The notes beneath the pieces are model-generated. The model ran no database searches and was not told the DNA's origin. It was given only the letters and a program-made list of their open reading frames with translations. From Candidatus Latescibacterota bacterium (GTDB taxonomy: Bacteria > Latescibacterota > UBA2968 > GCA-2709665): DNA of 64,000 bases. Below, piece by piece: positions 31,769-42,010 of the stretch. Positions within the stretch are counted from its first letter, which is position 1, and each line of letters begins with the position of its first letter. Both the position numbers and the translations under genes were made by a program. Where the stretch lies: assembly GCA_965203805.1 (NCBI GenBank), contig OZ241917.1, forward strand, positions 3,296,001 through 3,360,000, read 5' to 3'.

Positions 31769-33250
31769 CTACTTGAGCAGCAGCATTTTCTGGGACAGCG
31801 TGGAGGTTCCGGCGTCGACCTTGGCGATGTAGACACCGCTCGCAACGCCGCGTCCCTGGTTGTCCCGGGCGTCCCACTGGATCGAGTAGCGACCCGCCGC
31901 GGTGATCTGAGAAACCAGGCGCCGCACCTGCTGGCCGAGCACGTCGTAGATGACGACCGAAACCGGTCCCGCCTCGGGCAGGTCGTAGGAAATCGTGGTG
32001 CTGGGGTTGAAGGGGTTCGGATACACGTTGACCGCAAACTCCGTGGGCAACGGCATCCGGGCGCCCAACAGCACCTCGATCACGTTCGACTGCGCGATCG
32101 AGCCGTCCAGGTCCACCTGCTCGAGCCGGTAGTACACCTTGTCCACGCCCGGCAGGTCCTTGTCTTCAAAGCTGTAATTCATCAGGGCGTCCGACGTCCC
32201 CGCGCCCTGCACGAAGTTGCCGACCGCCTCGAAGTTCTCGCCGTCGACGCTGCGCATGATCCGCCAGCCCGCGTTGTTCGTCTGCGAAACCGTAGACCAG
32301 TTCAGTACCACGCGGTCCGTCTGCAGCGCGCCGTCGAAGGAGGCCAGCTCGGCCGGGTTCAACTGTGTGAACGTAAACGTGGCCGGCGTCGTTTCCTCAC
32401 CGTTTACGGTGGCCTTCACGGTCACCTGCAGGCTCCCGCCGGTCACCTTCAGGACGATCTTGTCCGCCGAGACCATCCCCCCATCATCGAGCTCCAGCAT
32501 CATCCCGTCCACGTCCAGGACGCTCAGGGACCCGTCGCCCGTCGTGCTCACCGTCCAGCTGATCGACGGGTCATCCGGCAGGTTATCCAGGCTGACGGTG
32601 ACGGATGCGCTGCCGCCCATGGCGGGAATCTGAATCATATTCCCAGACATCAGACCTTCGCCCATGCCCATGATGGTCGGGCCCGTGGGCGCTGCAACCG
32701 TCACGATCGCCTCCGACACGTTCAGGCTGTCCTGCTCGAAGCCTGCTGTGCCGATGACCGCGTGCTTGACCTTGAAGGATCCGCCCTCCGCAATATCGGC
32801 TTTCGCCATGATCTTCACGGTCGCGAAGTAGCCATTGTCGCCAATTGTGACAGGCGATAGTCCGCCGAGCGTAAACTCGTCGTCCCGCATGCCGCCCGCG
32901 CCGAGCACGTTAACGATGCCGTCGACAGCCACGATCTGCCACGAGGTGCCGAACATCATTTCATCCGCGGCGGGATCGACGAATTTGACGTTGCCTCCAA
33001 TGATACCTTCGCCGGCGCTGTCTTCAATAAACAGCTCGACCTTGATCGTATCGCCGGCCATGGTCATCGAAGGCGCGATGGTATTCACGCCCTCGTTCAC
33101 CTTGTTGGCGTTGTCGTCAACCATGTTGAAGACGGTATCGACCAGCAGCTTCTTACCCTTCAGGGCGCCCGCATCGACGCCACCGACGATGACGGTCACA
33201 AGAAAAACGGCGACCGTCAGGAAGCCCAAAATCGGTTTAACTCTATACAT
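31769..33250 (-). CDS. Secreted protein with possible cohesin-like N-domain and FlgD-Ig/T9SS-type C-terminus
   Basis: AGGAG RBS; signal peptide; YPNPFNPSTTISY..WDARDNQG..ASGVYI..KMLLLK. Confidence 0.85.
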   Translation of the reverse strand: MYRVKPILGFLTVAVFLVTVIVGGVDAGALKGKKLLVDTVFNMVDDNANKVNEGVNTIAPSMTMAGDTIKVELFIEDSAGEGIIGGNVKFVDPAADEMMFGTSWQIVAVDGIVNVLGAGGMRDDEFTLGGLSPVTIGDNGYFATVKIMAKADIAEGGSFKVKHAVIGTAGFEQDSLNVSEAIVTVAAPTGPTIMGMGEGLMSGNMIQIPAMGGSASVTVSLDNLPDDPSISWTVSTTGDGSLSVLDVDGMMLELDDGGMVSADKIVLKVTGGSLQVTVKATVNGEETTPATFTFTQLNPAELASFDGALQTDRVVLNWSTVSQTNNAGWRIMRSVDGENFEAVGNFVQGAGTSDALMNYSFEDKDLPGVDKVYYRLEQVDLDGSIAQSNVIEVLLGARMPLPTEFAVNVYPNPFNPSTTISYDLPEAGPVSVVIYDVLGQQVRRLVSQITAAGRYSIQWDARDNQGRGVASGVYIAKVDAGTSTLSQKMLLLK

Positions 33251-33320
33251 CTCGCCTCTCCTTCTCGGTGTGTGGTGTGTTTCGCTCCAGAATTCCATGC
33301 TCGCTCCAGTAACGAAAACT

Positions 33321-33360
33321 GAAGTATGGGAGGCTCCCGGAGGAACCTCCCATACGCTTC
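33321..33360 (-). terminator. Intergenic hairpin (terminator or stabiliser)
   Basis: GTATGGGAGG...CCTCCCATAC followed by TTCAGTTTT on the minus strand. Confidence 0.6.
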
Positions 33361-33365
33361 CTGCA

Positions 33366-36300
33366 TTACTTGAGCAACATCAACCGCTTGGCATCCTGGA
33401 ACTTACCGGCAACCGAGACCTGGTAGAAGTAAATTCCACTCGAGACCGATACGCCGCGGTCGTCCATTCCGCTCCACTGCACCGTATACCGTCCGGGGGC
33501 CTGGCGCTCGCGCACCAGCGTCCGAACCTCCTGGCCCAGCAGGTTGTAGATGCGAAGCACCACGTCCCCGCCTTCAGCCAGGTCGTACGGAATGTTGGTC
33601 TGCGGGTTGAACGGGTTCGGGAAGTTCTGATGCAGCGCGAACTCGGTGGGCGTGCTCTGCACGTCCAGCGCGCCCAGCGTCACCACCGGGTTCTGCAACT
33701 GATCGGCGTCGAAGACCACGCCCTGCGCGATCTCGAAGCGGGCGCTGTCGTCGAACTCCCTCAGAACCTTGAACGTGAAGGTCACCAGGGCGCCCTCGCC
33801 GCTCACCGTACCCGACTCTGTAATGACGTTCACCACCGAGATCCGGCCCTCTTCCGTCCAGTTCTTGAACAGCGGCGTCTCGCCGCCTTCGGACTTCAGC
33901 AGATCGTTCTCGGCGGGCGCGACGCTGACGAATTCGAACTTGTCGGCGTCATACGCCAGCTCCAGACCGTAGCCGTTCAACTGCCTGGCGTTGGCCATGG
34001 AGACCGTCAACGTCACCGTCTCGCCGACCAGCACCTTGTCGCCGGTCAGTTCGAGCGTCATCTCCGTATCGGCGTTCACGCCCGGACGCTGCGGAACCAC
34101 CGCCAGCTTGCCGGCAGGCACCACCGCCGTCTTACCGAACGTCGCTGCCGCCGTTACGAAGTCGGAAAAGTCCACGCTGCCGTCGTCATCGACGTCGGCC
34201 TGCGGATTGTAGTTGGCATCGCCCTTCTTGCTGTTGAAGGCTGCCGCGAAGGCGACGAAGTCTTCGAAGTCCACCTCAAGACTTCCGCCCTTCGACGGAA
34301 GCACCATAAGGTAAACGGGTTCGCCATCGGCGTCCACGAAGGACACACGGACCGAGATGTCCGAGACCGTGATCAGGTCGCTCATCGCCACGTTGTTGTC
34401 GTCGAACGCGTCGATCCGATAGACCAGCGAGGTCACGCCGTCAGGCAGGTTGTCGTCGGAGAAACGGGTGGAGCCCGCGGGGATGGAGGCGACTTCCTCC
34501 AGTGCGTCGGCAGACGCGCCTCTCATCACCTTGTAGCCGTTCACACCCATGATTGGAATGTTATACTTCCCGTCCCCGTTCGGATTAGGACGATAGGGAA
34601 TGTAGTCTACCACGCCCTCGCTGGCCGAGGCCGTCCAGGTCAGCACCACACCGCCGGCGCCGGTGCCGGATGCGTCGGTAACCGCGGCCGGAGCGATGTC
34701 GTCAACTGCCGCAACCGGCTCCTCCGTCACCGTGCGCGCCGACGACAGGATATCGCCCGCGTGTTTCGTCCGGATGTTGGACGGAAGCGCCGCGCTGCCG
34801 ATCAGTGCGCTCAGGTCCGGATTCACCGGCGCGAAGACCACACCCTTCTGATCGCCGATGAGGGACTTGACGTAGTCTTCAGGCGCGTTGAACTGATTGC
34901 TCAGCTCCTCGTCCGTCAGAAGCTCCGCCTCGGGCATACCCAGCAACTGCAGCGTCTGCTGGATGCTCTCCTTCGTGTACACGCGCTTGCTGGCCACGGA
35001 TGTGGTCGGATCGGATTCGCCGCCGTCGCTGATTGACGTCACGCCCCAGTTGGTGCGGACGTTGTCGATCGCGGGAACGATCACGGTCTGCATGCCGCCT
35101 TCCGCGTCGCCCATGTTGTCACCCGCGTCCGCCGCGAAGCTGACGCTCGTCCACGGCACCCACTTCTTCACGGGCTCTTCGAGCTCAACCACGTTGCCTT
35201 CTTCATCCACACCCGTGGTCGAGTCGATTTCCCGGGAAATCTGGTAGGCCGACACGGCTTCGTGCTGCGACGAATTCGGGAAACTGACGACCACGACACC
35301 GCCCTGGTCGCCCTCTCCGTCCGCGCCCTTGTAGTCCTGCACCACCACGTTCGCTACCGCGGCAGGCGCGCCCGGATCCGGACCGTCGCCGTCCTCGGAT
35401 ACAATGGTGACGGTCACGCTGCCCGTGAGGGCGCCGGTCTTATCCTTTACAGGTGTATCTGCCTGCAAAGCACCGGTTACGTAGGTATCAACAACCGTCC
35501 TGACACTGATTGTCGCCTTGCCGCCGACGTCGGCAGCCACCGCGCCGTACGTGGACCCTTCAAGGCTGGTCACCATCTGCTGGCCGTCGGGCACCTGCAC
35601 CGCGGCGTTGCTGGACGCAAAGGTGAAGGCAACCGACGCGAAATCCTTCGAACCCGTATTGTTGTCAATCCTCAAACTGGGGTTGCCGAACGCGTCAGTC
35701 GGCACCACTTTTACCGTAAAGGAGCCAGCCACGTTGTCGGTTGATATCTCACCCTCGTAGCCCGTGAGGGTAAACTTCGAGAACTCAGCGATCTGGACGT
35801 TGATCGGCTTGGCAGCCTGCCCGCTGATACGCAACGTGTACGCGCCGGTGGCCGGATCGATAGTGCCCTCGGCCGCGTACAGGACCACGCCCGTGAGCGG
35901 CTTCGTGGACTTGAACTTAACTTCCCGCGTACCCGCGTGCCATCCGTCGCCGTCCAGGATGGCGGCCTTCGCCACCATGCCCGCGGCGGCGAGGTCGGCG
36001 GGAAGCGTGAACGCGGGCGCCGCGCTTACGCCGGTGCCGCTGAAGCTCGCGCCTTCAAGCGCGTCGGCCTGGTCGCCGGAAACGATTGCGGCCAGCGCCG
36101 ACGGCGTATGATACGTGACCGCCCGAACGTCGGAGGCGTCGCTATCCCGTTCCTTTTCGATACGCGTCAGCGTTGTGTCGAGCACGGACACCGCTATTTT
36201 GTAGTCCACGCCGGCAACCTGCTTCTCTTTCAAGGCCGCATCCGGGACAATCTTGAACATATCGGCGTCCGGATTTTCAAAGACCTTTTTGAACGTGAGC

Positions 36301-38354
36301 AGACCGCCCTCCGTCACGCTGGCGTTACCCGCCAGGTCGATCGCCAGGATCTCCAGATTGTACCTCTGGCGATCAATAAGGGTATCGTTCACCGGCCAGG
36401 AGATCAGACTGCTCACCATCTCCAGCCTGGCGTTGCCTGGGCCATAGGGCTGCACGATGGCCGTTCCGCCGCCCTGCTCATGATAACGTATGGACAGCGA
36501 GTCCAAGTCTTCGTTGATATTGAAGACCGGGTTCTTGGTGGCCGGGACGATGGTGGGCGCGTCCTCGTTGTCCGCGTCTTTGGGCGCGGTCTCGTTCGTC
36601 GGGAACAGATTGGTGATCCCCGGGGTATTGCCGTCCAGCGTGATGCCAGTAAGCTCCTTATACTCGGTCTTGTTGCCCAGGCTGTCCCAGACCGTGATGA
36701 TGATGTCCCCTGCCGTTCCGCCCTTGGCTACGTACTTGTTTTTCGCGATACCCGCCACGACGTCGTTCTCTTCAGTGAACCACATGGGCTGATCAGAGGG
36801 CTGATCATCGGCATCGTCATCCAATCCTGCTTCTATATTGAGGAAGTCCACCTTGGCCTCTTTATCGCTGCCGGTGGGGTCGAGTGAGAAGTCTGTTTCA
36901 GTGGTGGCATCGGTGGCAGGATCATCGCCCAAGTAGTCGTCCAGCGTGAGCGTACTGTCGGCGTGCTTGATCGTGATCTTGCTCGTCCCCTCGCTGAGTT
37001 TGAACACGAGCGGATTCAATTTGCGGTTGCTTGTACCCCCCGGCACCTCACCCGTCAACGGCGTATAATTGGAAAGCTCCTGCGTGACTGCCGCCGTGAT
37101 CACAGGATCGTGCGATCCCGCCGCGATACTGTCGGGATTGGGATAAACTACCGTCACCTTGGGATTGGTCGCGTCGCCGATAATCGGGATGTTTGTCGCT
37201 TCGGCTGGGTCCGCTGTCCCGTCGGCTGGGGTGCTCAGGTCAGAGGTGACGTCCGCTACGAGTTTGTCGGCAGTGCCGTGAAGTCCTTTCCAATTGGCAG
37301 CCGCGGGCGCCGCAGCCGTACCGCCCACGTTACCGGCAACGTCCACGAGATAGGCAAAGAGTTCGAGCCGCTCGTTATCCTTGAACTGCCCCGCTTTGAT
37401 TTTCTCATCGACGCTCGGATTCGGGCTGTACAATCTGTCCCCGCGCAGCTCGATTTTTAACCGCGCATCTTCCTTGAAAGCGAGGGCGTTCGCCTCTTCC
37501 AAGGTCAAACCGAGGCCAGGGGGGTCAGCGTCTGCGGCAATCTGATAACGCGCAATCGAGTCGGCGGGCACCAGACCGATTTCGATCCCTTCCGCCCTGG
37601 CATCAAGAATTGCGTCGGTATCCAGATTCAGCACCGCTTTGAATACATGGTCGGTGACAATATGGATCGCCTGGACGTAGGGGCCGGCTGTGATAGCGGC
37701 ATCCGACGTATCGGTCATTACCTCGTCCAACCTGCCCAGGTCCAGAGCGATACTCTCAAATACCGTGCCATGAATCGGGCGTTCGGCGTCGAGGCCGAAG
37801 AGCACCCCGTCACCCACGCGGCTGGCGCCGAAGCCGGCTGTGGCGGGCGTGATCTTCCGGTTCCTCATCAGGTTGTTCAGAGGATCCGGATTCGGTGAGC
37901 CGCCCGGATCCACCACGATCTTCAACGCGTGGTTGCTGCTGCTCTCCATATTTTCCGCAGGTGCGGTGTTGGCGACGACCGCGATCTTGACATTGAAGGT
38001 GTCAACGCCTGAAGTCTCGCCGTCACCCTTTGTTATCTGGGTGGCGCTACCGGTTCCATCGTCATCAATATTGTAATAAACCTTATCCGCAAGGGTGCTA
38101 GCGGCTCCGATGTCGCCGTCAGCAACGCTGGAATCGGCCACGGCAAACCGGAAACCTTCGTCGAGCCGGCCGTCGTAGCACAGGATCCGCACTCTGATTG
38201 TATCGCCGATCGCGGCCCATTTGTTGGCTTTAGGCTCGTCGACGCGAATCAAGATACCCCGCGTGGCGGCGACTTCCTGGGCCGAGGCCACGCCAACCAC
38301 TCCGAAAACCAGCAGAAACGCCAAACCAATACTTGAAACCGTCTTTAACTGCAT
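33366..38354 (-). CDS. Large surface protein (1662 aa) with dockerin-like, cohesin-like and FlgD-Ig/T9SS-type C-terminal domains
   Basis: AAGGAGG RBS, MQLKTVSS signal peptide; DVDDDGSVDFSDF; VGETVTLTV..LAYDADKFEFV..LVTFTFKV; NFPNPFNP..LMLLK. Confidence 0.85.
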   Translation of the reverse strand: MQLKTVSSIGLAFLLVFGVVGVASAQEVAATRGILIRVDEPKANKWAAIGDTIRVRILCYDGRLDEGFRFAVADSSVADGDIGAASTLADKVYYNIDDDGTGSATQITKGDGETSGVDTFNVKIAVVANTAPAENMESSSNHALKIVVDPGGSPNPDPLNNLMRNRKITPATAGFGASRVGDGVLFGLDAERPIHGTVFESIALDLGRLDEVMTDTSDAAITAGPYVQAIHIVTDHVFKAVLNLDTDAILDARAEGIEIGLVPADSIARYQIAADADPPGLGLTLEEANALAFKEDARLKIELRGDRLYSPNPSVDEKIKAGQFKDNERLELFAYLVDVAGNVGGTAAAPAAANWKGLHGTADKLVADVTSDLSTPADGTADPAEATNIPIIGDATNPKVTVVYPNPDSIAAGSHDPVITAAVTQELSNYTPLTGEVPGGTSNRKLNPLVFKLSEGTSKITIKHADSTLTLDDYLGDDPATDATTETDFSLDPTGSDKEAKVDFLNIEAGLDDDADDQPSDQPMWFTEENDVVAGIAKNKYVAKGGTAGDIIITVWDSLGNKTEYKELTGITLDGNTPGITNLFPTNETAPKDADNEDAPTIVPATKNPVFNINEDLDSLSIRYHEQGGGTAIVQPYGPGNARLEMVSSLISWPVNDTLIDRQRYNLEILAIDLAGNASVTEGGLLTFKKVFENPDADMFKIVPDAALKEKQVAGVDYKIAVSVLDTTLTRIEKERDSDASDVRAVTYHTPSALAAIVSGDQADALEGASFSGTGVSAAPAFTLPADLAAAGMVAKAAILDGDGWHAGTREVKFKSTKPLTGVVLYAAEGTIDPATGAYTLRISGQAAKPINVQIAEFSKFTLTGYEGEISTDNVAGSFTVKVVPTDAFGNPSLRIDNNTGSKDFASVAFTFASSNAAVQVPDGQQMVTSLEGSTYGAVAADVGGKATISVRTVVDTYVTGALQADTPVKDKTGALTGSVTVTIVSEDGDGPDPGAPAAVANVVVQDYKGADGEGDQGGVVVVSFPNSSQHEAVSAYQISREIDSTTGVDEEGNVVELEEPVKKWVPWTSVSFAADAGDNMGDAEGGMQTVIVPAIDNVRTNWGVTSISDGGESDPTTSVASKRVYTKESIQQTLQLLGMPEAELLTDEELSNQFNAPEDYVKSLIGDQKGVVFAPVNPDLSALIGSAALPSNIRTKHAGDILSSARTVTEEPVAAVDDIAPAAVTDASGTGAGGVVLTWTASASEGVVDYIPYRPNPNGDGKYNIPIMGVNGYKVMRGASADALEEVASIPAGSTRFSDDNLPDGVTSLVYRIDAFDDNNVAMSDLITVSDISVRVSFVDADGEPVYLMVLPSKGGSLEVDFEDFVAFAAAFNSKKGDANYNPQADVDDDGSVDFSDFVTAAATFGKTAVVPAGKLAVVPQRPGVNADTEMTLELTGDKVLVGETVTLTVSMANARQLNGYGLELAYDADKFEFVSVAPAENDLLKSEGGETPLFKNWTEEGRISVVNVITESGTVSGEGALVTFTFKVLREFDDSARFEIAQGVVFDADQLQNPVVTLGALDVQSTPTEFALHQNFPNPFNPQTNIPYDLAEGGDVVLRIYNLLGQEVRTLVRERQAPGRYTVQWSGMDDRGVSVSSGIYFYQVSVAGKFQDAKRLMLLK

Positions 38355-38781
38355 TACCAACCTCCTTGTGAAACAGGACGCTTCGTAAAACCTGCGGTAA
38401 ACCTCCCTTGCTGCGCCTTGAAGCCACTTCTTGAACCCCGGCAGAACCCCCGGCGGGGGGTGCCGGTAATCGGAAGTGATGTGAAATTTAGCTGAAATGG
38501 CGTTCCTCCCTTCGTTTGGAAAATTCATAAAGTTCCTGGCCTGCAAACACTTGGTGCGACTATCGACATTGGTTGAACCCTTGTAAGCGCTCGATTCTGT
38601 TACACCTCCTTTTAAATGCACAAAAGCCACCCCCTCGTCTCCGGTCTTCAAGAGATAGCATGATTGATTCATCATAGTGTGTTGAGGTTCCAACAACCCG
38701 GTTCCGATAGTCGATGAAAACAGCCATGAATTCGGCCGATTTCGCTGTTCAGCCGCACGTTATGCGGCAAACAGGTTCCTA

Positions 38782-38810
38782 AGTATACGCAACACTAAAC
38801 AGGCTGTCAA
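38782..38810 (-). promoter_or_regulatory. Sigma70-type promoter
   Basis: TTGACA-17 nt-TATACT with an upstream A-tract. Confidence 0.75.
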
Positions 38811-38947
38811 GTGTTTTTTGTACTTTATTCTTCACGTGAAATCCGGTATGCCGAATGGCCCCAAACCCCTGTAAATTACGGCGCTTTCGCGCCCCGCGCA
38901 ACCCCAACATATAGGGCCCCGTCTATTGGTTGCCACAATACGCCGTG

Positions 38948-39517
38948 TCAGCGCATCTGATGTTCGAGCCGCTGGATTTCATCGCGCAGGCTGGCCGCCT
39001 CTTCGTACTGTTCCCGGGCCACGGCTTCCTTCAATTCGGCCCTGAGGGCGGTCAGCCGATCGGAGATCCCGCCTTCGACCTGCTCGAATTCCACGTCCAG
39101 CGAGGCGCTGATGGGCATCCCGGCCTCCTGGATGACTCTGTCTTCGACGTAGACCGGGGCGCCCGTGCGGAGGGCCAGGGCGAGGGCGTCGCTGGGCCGG
39201 GAGTCCACGCCGATGGATTTGCCGTCGGCATCCAGGCTGACTTCGGCGAAGAAGACGTCTTCCTCGATCGCGTTGATGAGCACCCGCTTGACCTTGACGC
39301 CCATTCCATCCAGAATGGAACGGAGCAGCTCGCAGGTGGGCGGCCGGGGGGGATCTTCGTCGTACAGCGCCATGTAGATGGCCGTGGCTTCGAAGTTCCC
39401 GATGGAGATGGGCAGGAAGATCCGCTGCTCCCTGTCTTTCAGCCACACGAGCGGCCGGTTGGTGTTGGGTTCCACCGCCACGCCGACCACGTTCATTTCT
39501 ACCATAGGGGTGTACAT
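38948..39517 (-). CDS. Bifunctional nuclease (DUF151) with C-terminal UVR domain
   Basis: LPISIGNFEA, RPPT, DSRPSDALALA, EQYEEAASLRDEI; start could be 39505. Confidence 0.9.
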   Translation of the reverse strand: MYTPMVEMNVVGVAVEPNTNRPLVWLKDREQRIFLPISIGNFEATAIYMALYDEDPPRPPTCELLRSILDGMGVKVKRVLINAIEEDVFFAEVSLDADGKSIGVDSRPSDALALALRTGAPVYVEDRVIQEAGMPISASLDVEFEQVEGGISDRLTALRAELKEAVAREQYEEAASLRDEIQRLEHQMR

Positions 39518-39639
39518 CCTTCCCGGCGCGGGTAGGGGAGGATGATTTGCGCCGCTGGGGGAGGGCGTTTTTGGCGAATACACTTACTAAACAAGAATAT
39601 AGGGCGAAGGTCACGGAAAAATCAAGGGAAAAAAGGCGG

Positions 39640-42000
39640 GTAGCGAACCACCCCCAGCCCCGCAGACCTCTCCCCCCAACCCCCTCTCCCGGGGGGAGAG
39701 GGGGAGGAAAGACAGGCATCGCGTGCCGGTCATCTATAGATACTCTGATAGACGGGAATTCGCCAGCCGGCACACTTGCATGCCCAGGACATCGACCCAT
39801 CACCGTTCCCCCTTCCTCACAGGAAGGGGGATAGGGGGTAGGTCTGAGGAGGGGGGAAAAGCAGCAGTCAGCAAGCAGCGATCAGCGGTCAGCGGTCAGC
39901 GGTCAGCCTAAAGCAAGATCAAAAACAAGAGTCAAAGTCAGTTCACACGGAGACACAAAGGCACGAAGAAAAACAAAGCGGCCAGGACGAACCACCCCCC
40001 AGCCCCGCAGACCTCTCCCCCCGGCCTGCCTGCGCCGAGTTCTGCTCGGCAGGCAGGCCCCCTCTCCCGGGGGGAGAGGGGGAGACAACCAGGACTCCCT
40101 GATAGGATCACCGTTCCCCCCTTCCCCCCGGGAAGGGGGATAGGGGGTAGGTTGGTGGGGAGGAGAGGGGGGACCGGCGGTACCCGCTATCGCTTTTCGA
40201 TATGTGCTCTGATTGATTCAAGCACGCCGTCGAGATTCGTGTGGACTTGGTCATTTGTAATACGCAATACATCTAATCCTCGCGCGTTTAGGATCTCATC
40301 CCGTTTTGCGTCATACGCAGCCTGATCCTGGTGAATCTCGCCGTCGACTTCAATTACCAGGCCGACGGAATGACAATAGAAATCGACAACGAAGCCGTCG
40401 ATGATCTGCTGCCGACGAAAGTGAAGGCCATCGAGCCGATTCGCACGCAAGTGTTGCCATAGCTGTTTTTCTTCTTCTGTCATTTGTGAGCGCAGCGACT
40501 GTGCCAACTTGACCTTCTCATTGTCAACACGTTGACCCCTTACGATATATCGCCTGGATCTATTCATCAACCCCTCCGCCCAACGCAGACCTCTCCCCCC
40601 GGCCCACAACCAGCAGTCAGCCAGAAACAGAAGCAAAATCAAAAACAAGAGTCAAAGTCAGCTCACACAAAGGCACAAAGACACGAAGAAAAACAAACCA
40701 GCCAGGAGCGAACCACCCCCAGCCCCGCAGACCTCTCCCCCCGGCCTGCCTGCGCCGAGTTCTGCTCGGCAGGCAGGCCCCCTCTCCCGGGGGGAGAGGG
40801 GGAGACAACCAGGACTCCCTGATAGGATCACCGTTCCCCCCTTCCCCCCGGGAAGGGGGATAGGGGGTAGGTCTGAGGAGGGGGGAAAAGCAGCAGTCAG
40901 CAAGCAGCTTTCAGCAGTCAGCAATCAACCTAAAGCAAAATCAAAAACAAGATTCAAAGTCAGCTCACACAAAGACATTAAGAAAAACAAAGCAGCCAGG
41001 TGCGAACCACCCCCCAGCCCCGCAGACCTCTCCCCCCGGCCTGCCTGCGCCGAGTTCTGCTCGGCAGGCAGGCCCCCTCTCCCGGGGGGAGAGGGGGAGA
41101 CAACCAGGCATCGCGTGCCGGTCATCTATAGATACTCTGATAGACAGGAATTCGCCACCCGGCACACTTGCATGCCCGGTCCATCGACCCATCGCCGTTC
41201 CCCCTTCCTCACAGGAAGGGGGATAGGGGGTAGGTCTGAGGAGGGGGTGTGGGGGTGAAAACCAGGCATCACGTGCCGGTCATCTATAGATACTCTGATA
41301 GACAGGAATTCGCCAGCCGGCACACTTGCATGCCCACGACATCGACCCATCGCCGTTCCCCCTTCCTCACAGGAAGGGGGTTAGGGGGTAGGTCGGCGGG
41401 GGGAGACGCAAGACGTGAGACGGGAGATGATCACTCGCGTCAACGGGGCGACGATAAGGCCTGGCGACATGACCTCGCGGATGCGCAGACCTCTCCCCCC
41501 TGCCTGCCGAAAAACCACCGCCAGGCAGGGACCCTCTCCTGTGAGGAGAGGGTAACGAACGCCACGCGATAGGATCCGGGGGTCCCCCTTCCGTCGGGAA
41601 GGGGGTAGGCAGTAGGTTGGCGGTGGTGTGGGAGATTGCAAGCGTTGCATCGCGCAAGAAGTTCATCGCAGGTAACTTCGCGAGGTTCTATCGAACGCAC
41701 GGAGGATGGGGTGGGGCTTTTCCGCGCGAGTCCGTCCAGCAACGTCGTCCGGGAATGCCTGCGAGGGTTTCAGGGCAACGTCTCCCGGTGTGTCTCCACG
41801 GAAGCGGTTCGCGGAAAAGCAGCCCCGCGGCGTTTGAGCGGCCTGCCTGCGCCGAAGCCTGCTCGGCAGGCAGGCACGCTTCTTTTTGGTCCTTTTTCTT
41901 ACGTGGATAAGAAAAAGGACGAAGAAGAAAAAAGTAAATTAGAGATGTGAAGTTTGGGACCGCCCGGAACGCAGTTCCAACGGGTGTTTCCCGCCGGCGG
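39640..42000 (-). repeat. Mosaic repeat cassette enclosing a DUF559 gene
   Basis: Reverse complements of modules A-D and F; about 39860-40150 repeated at about 40610-40870 and partly at about 40890-41110. Confidence 0.95.
40187..40567 (-). CDS. DUF559 (Vsr-like) endonuclease
   Basis: LRSQMTEEEKQLWQHLR, FRRQQIIDGFVVDFYC, VIEVDGEIH, D..RD..L...G..VLRI. Confidence 0.93.
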   Translation of the reverse strand: MNRSRRYIVRGQRVDNEKVKLAQSLRSQMTEEEKQLWQHLRANRLDGLHFRRQQIIDGFVVDFYCHSVGLVIEVDGEIHQDQAAYDAKRDEILNARGLDVLRITNDQVHTNLDGVLESIRAHIEKR

Positions 42001-42010
42001 GCGCACGACC

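Noticed and set aside
38355-38696. 114-aa N-terminal extension of the large surface protein
   Set aside because: A strong RBS and signal peptide begin at 38354
38355-38947. oriC or dif site at the polarity switch
   Set aside because: No DnaA-box cluster or recognisable XerC/D site seen by eye
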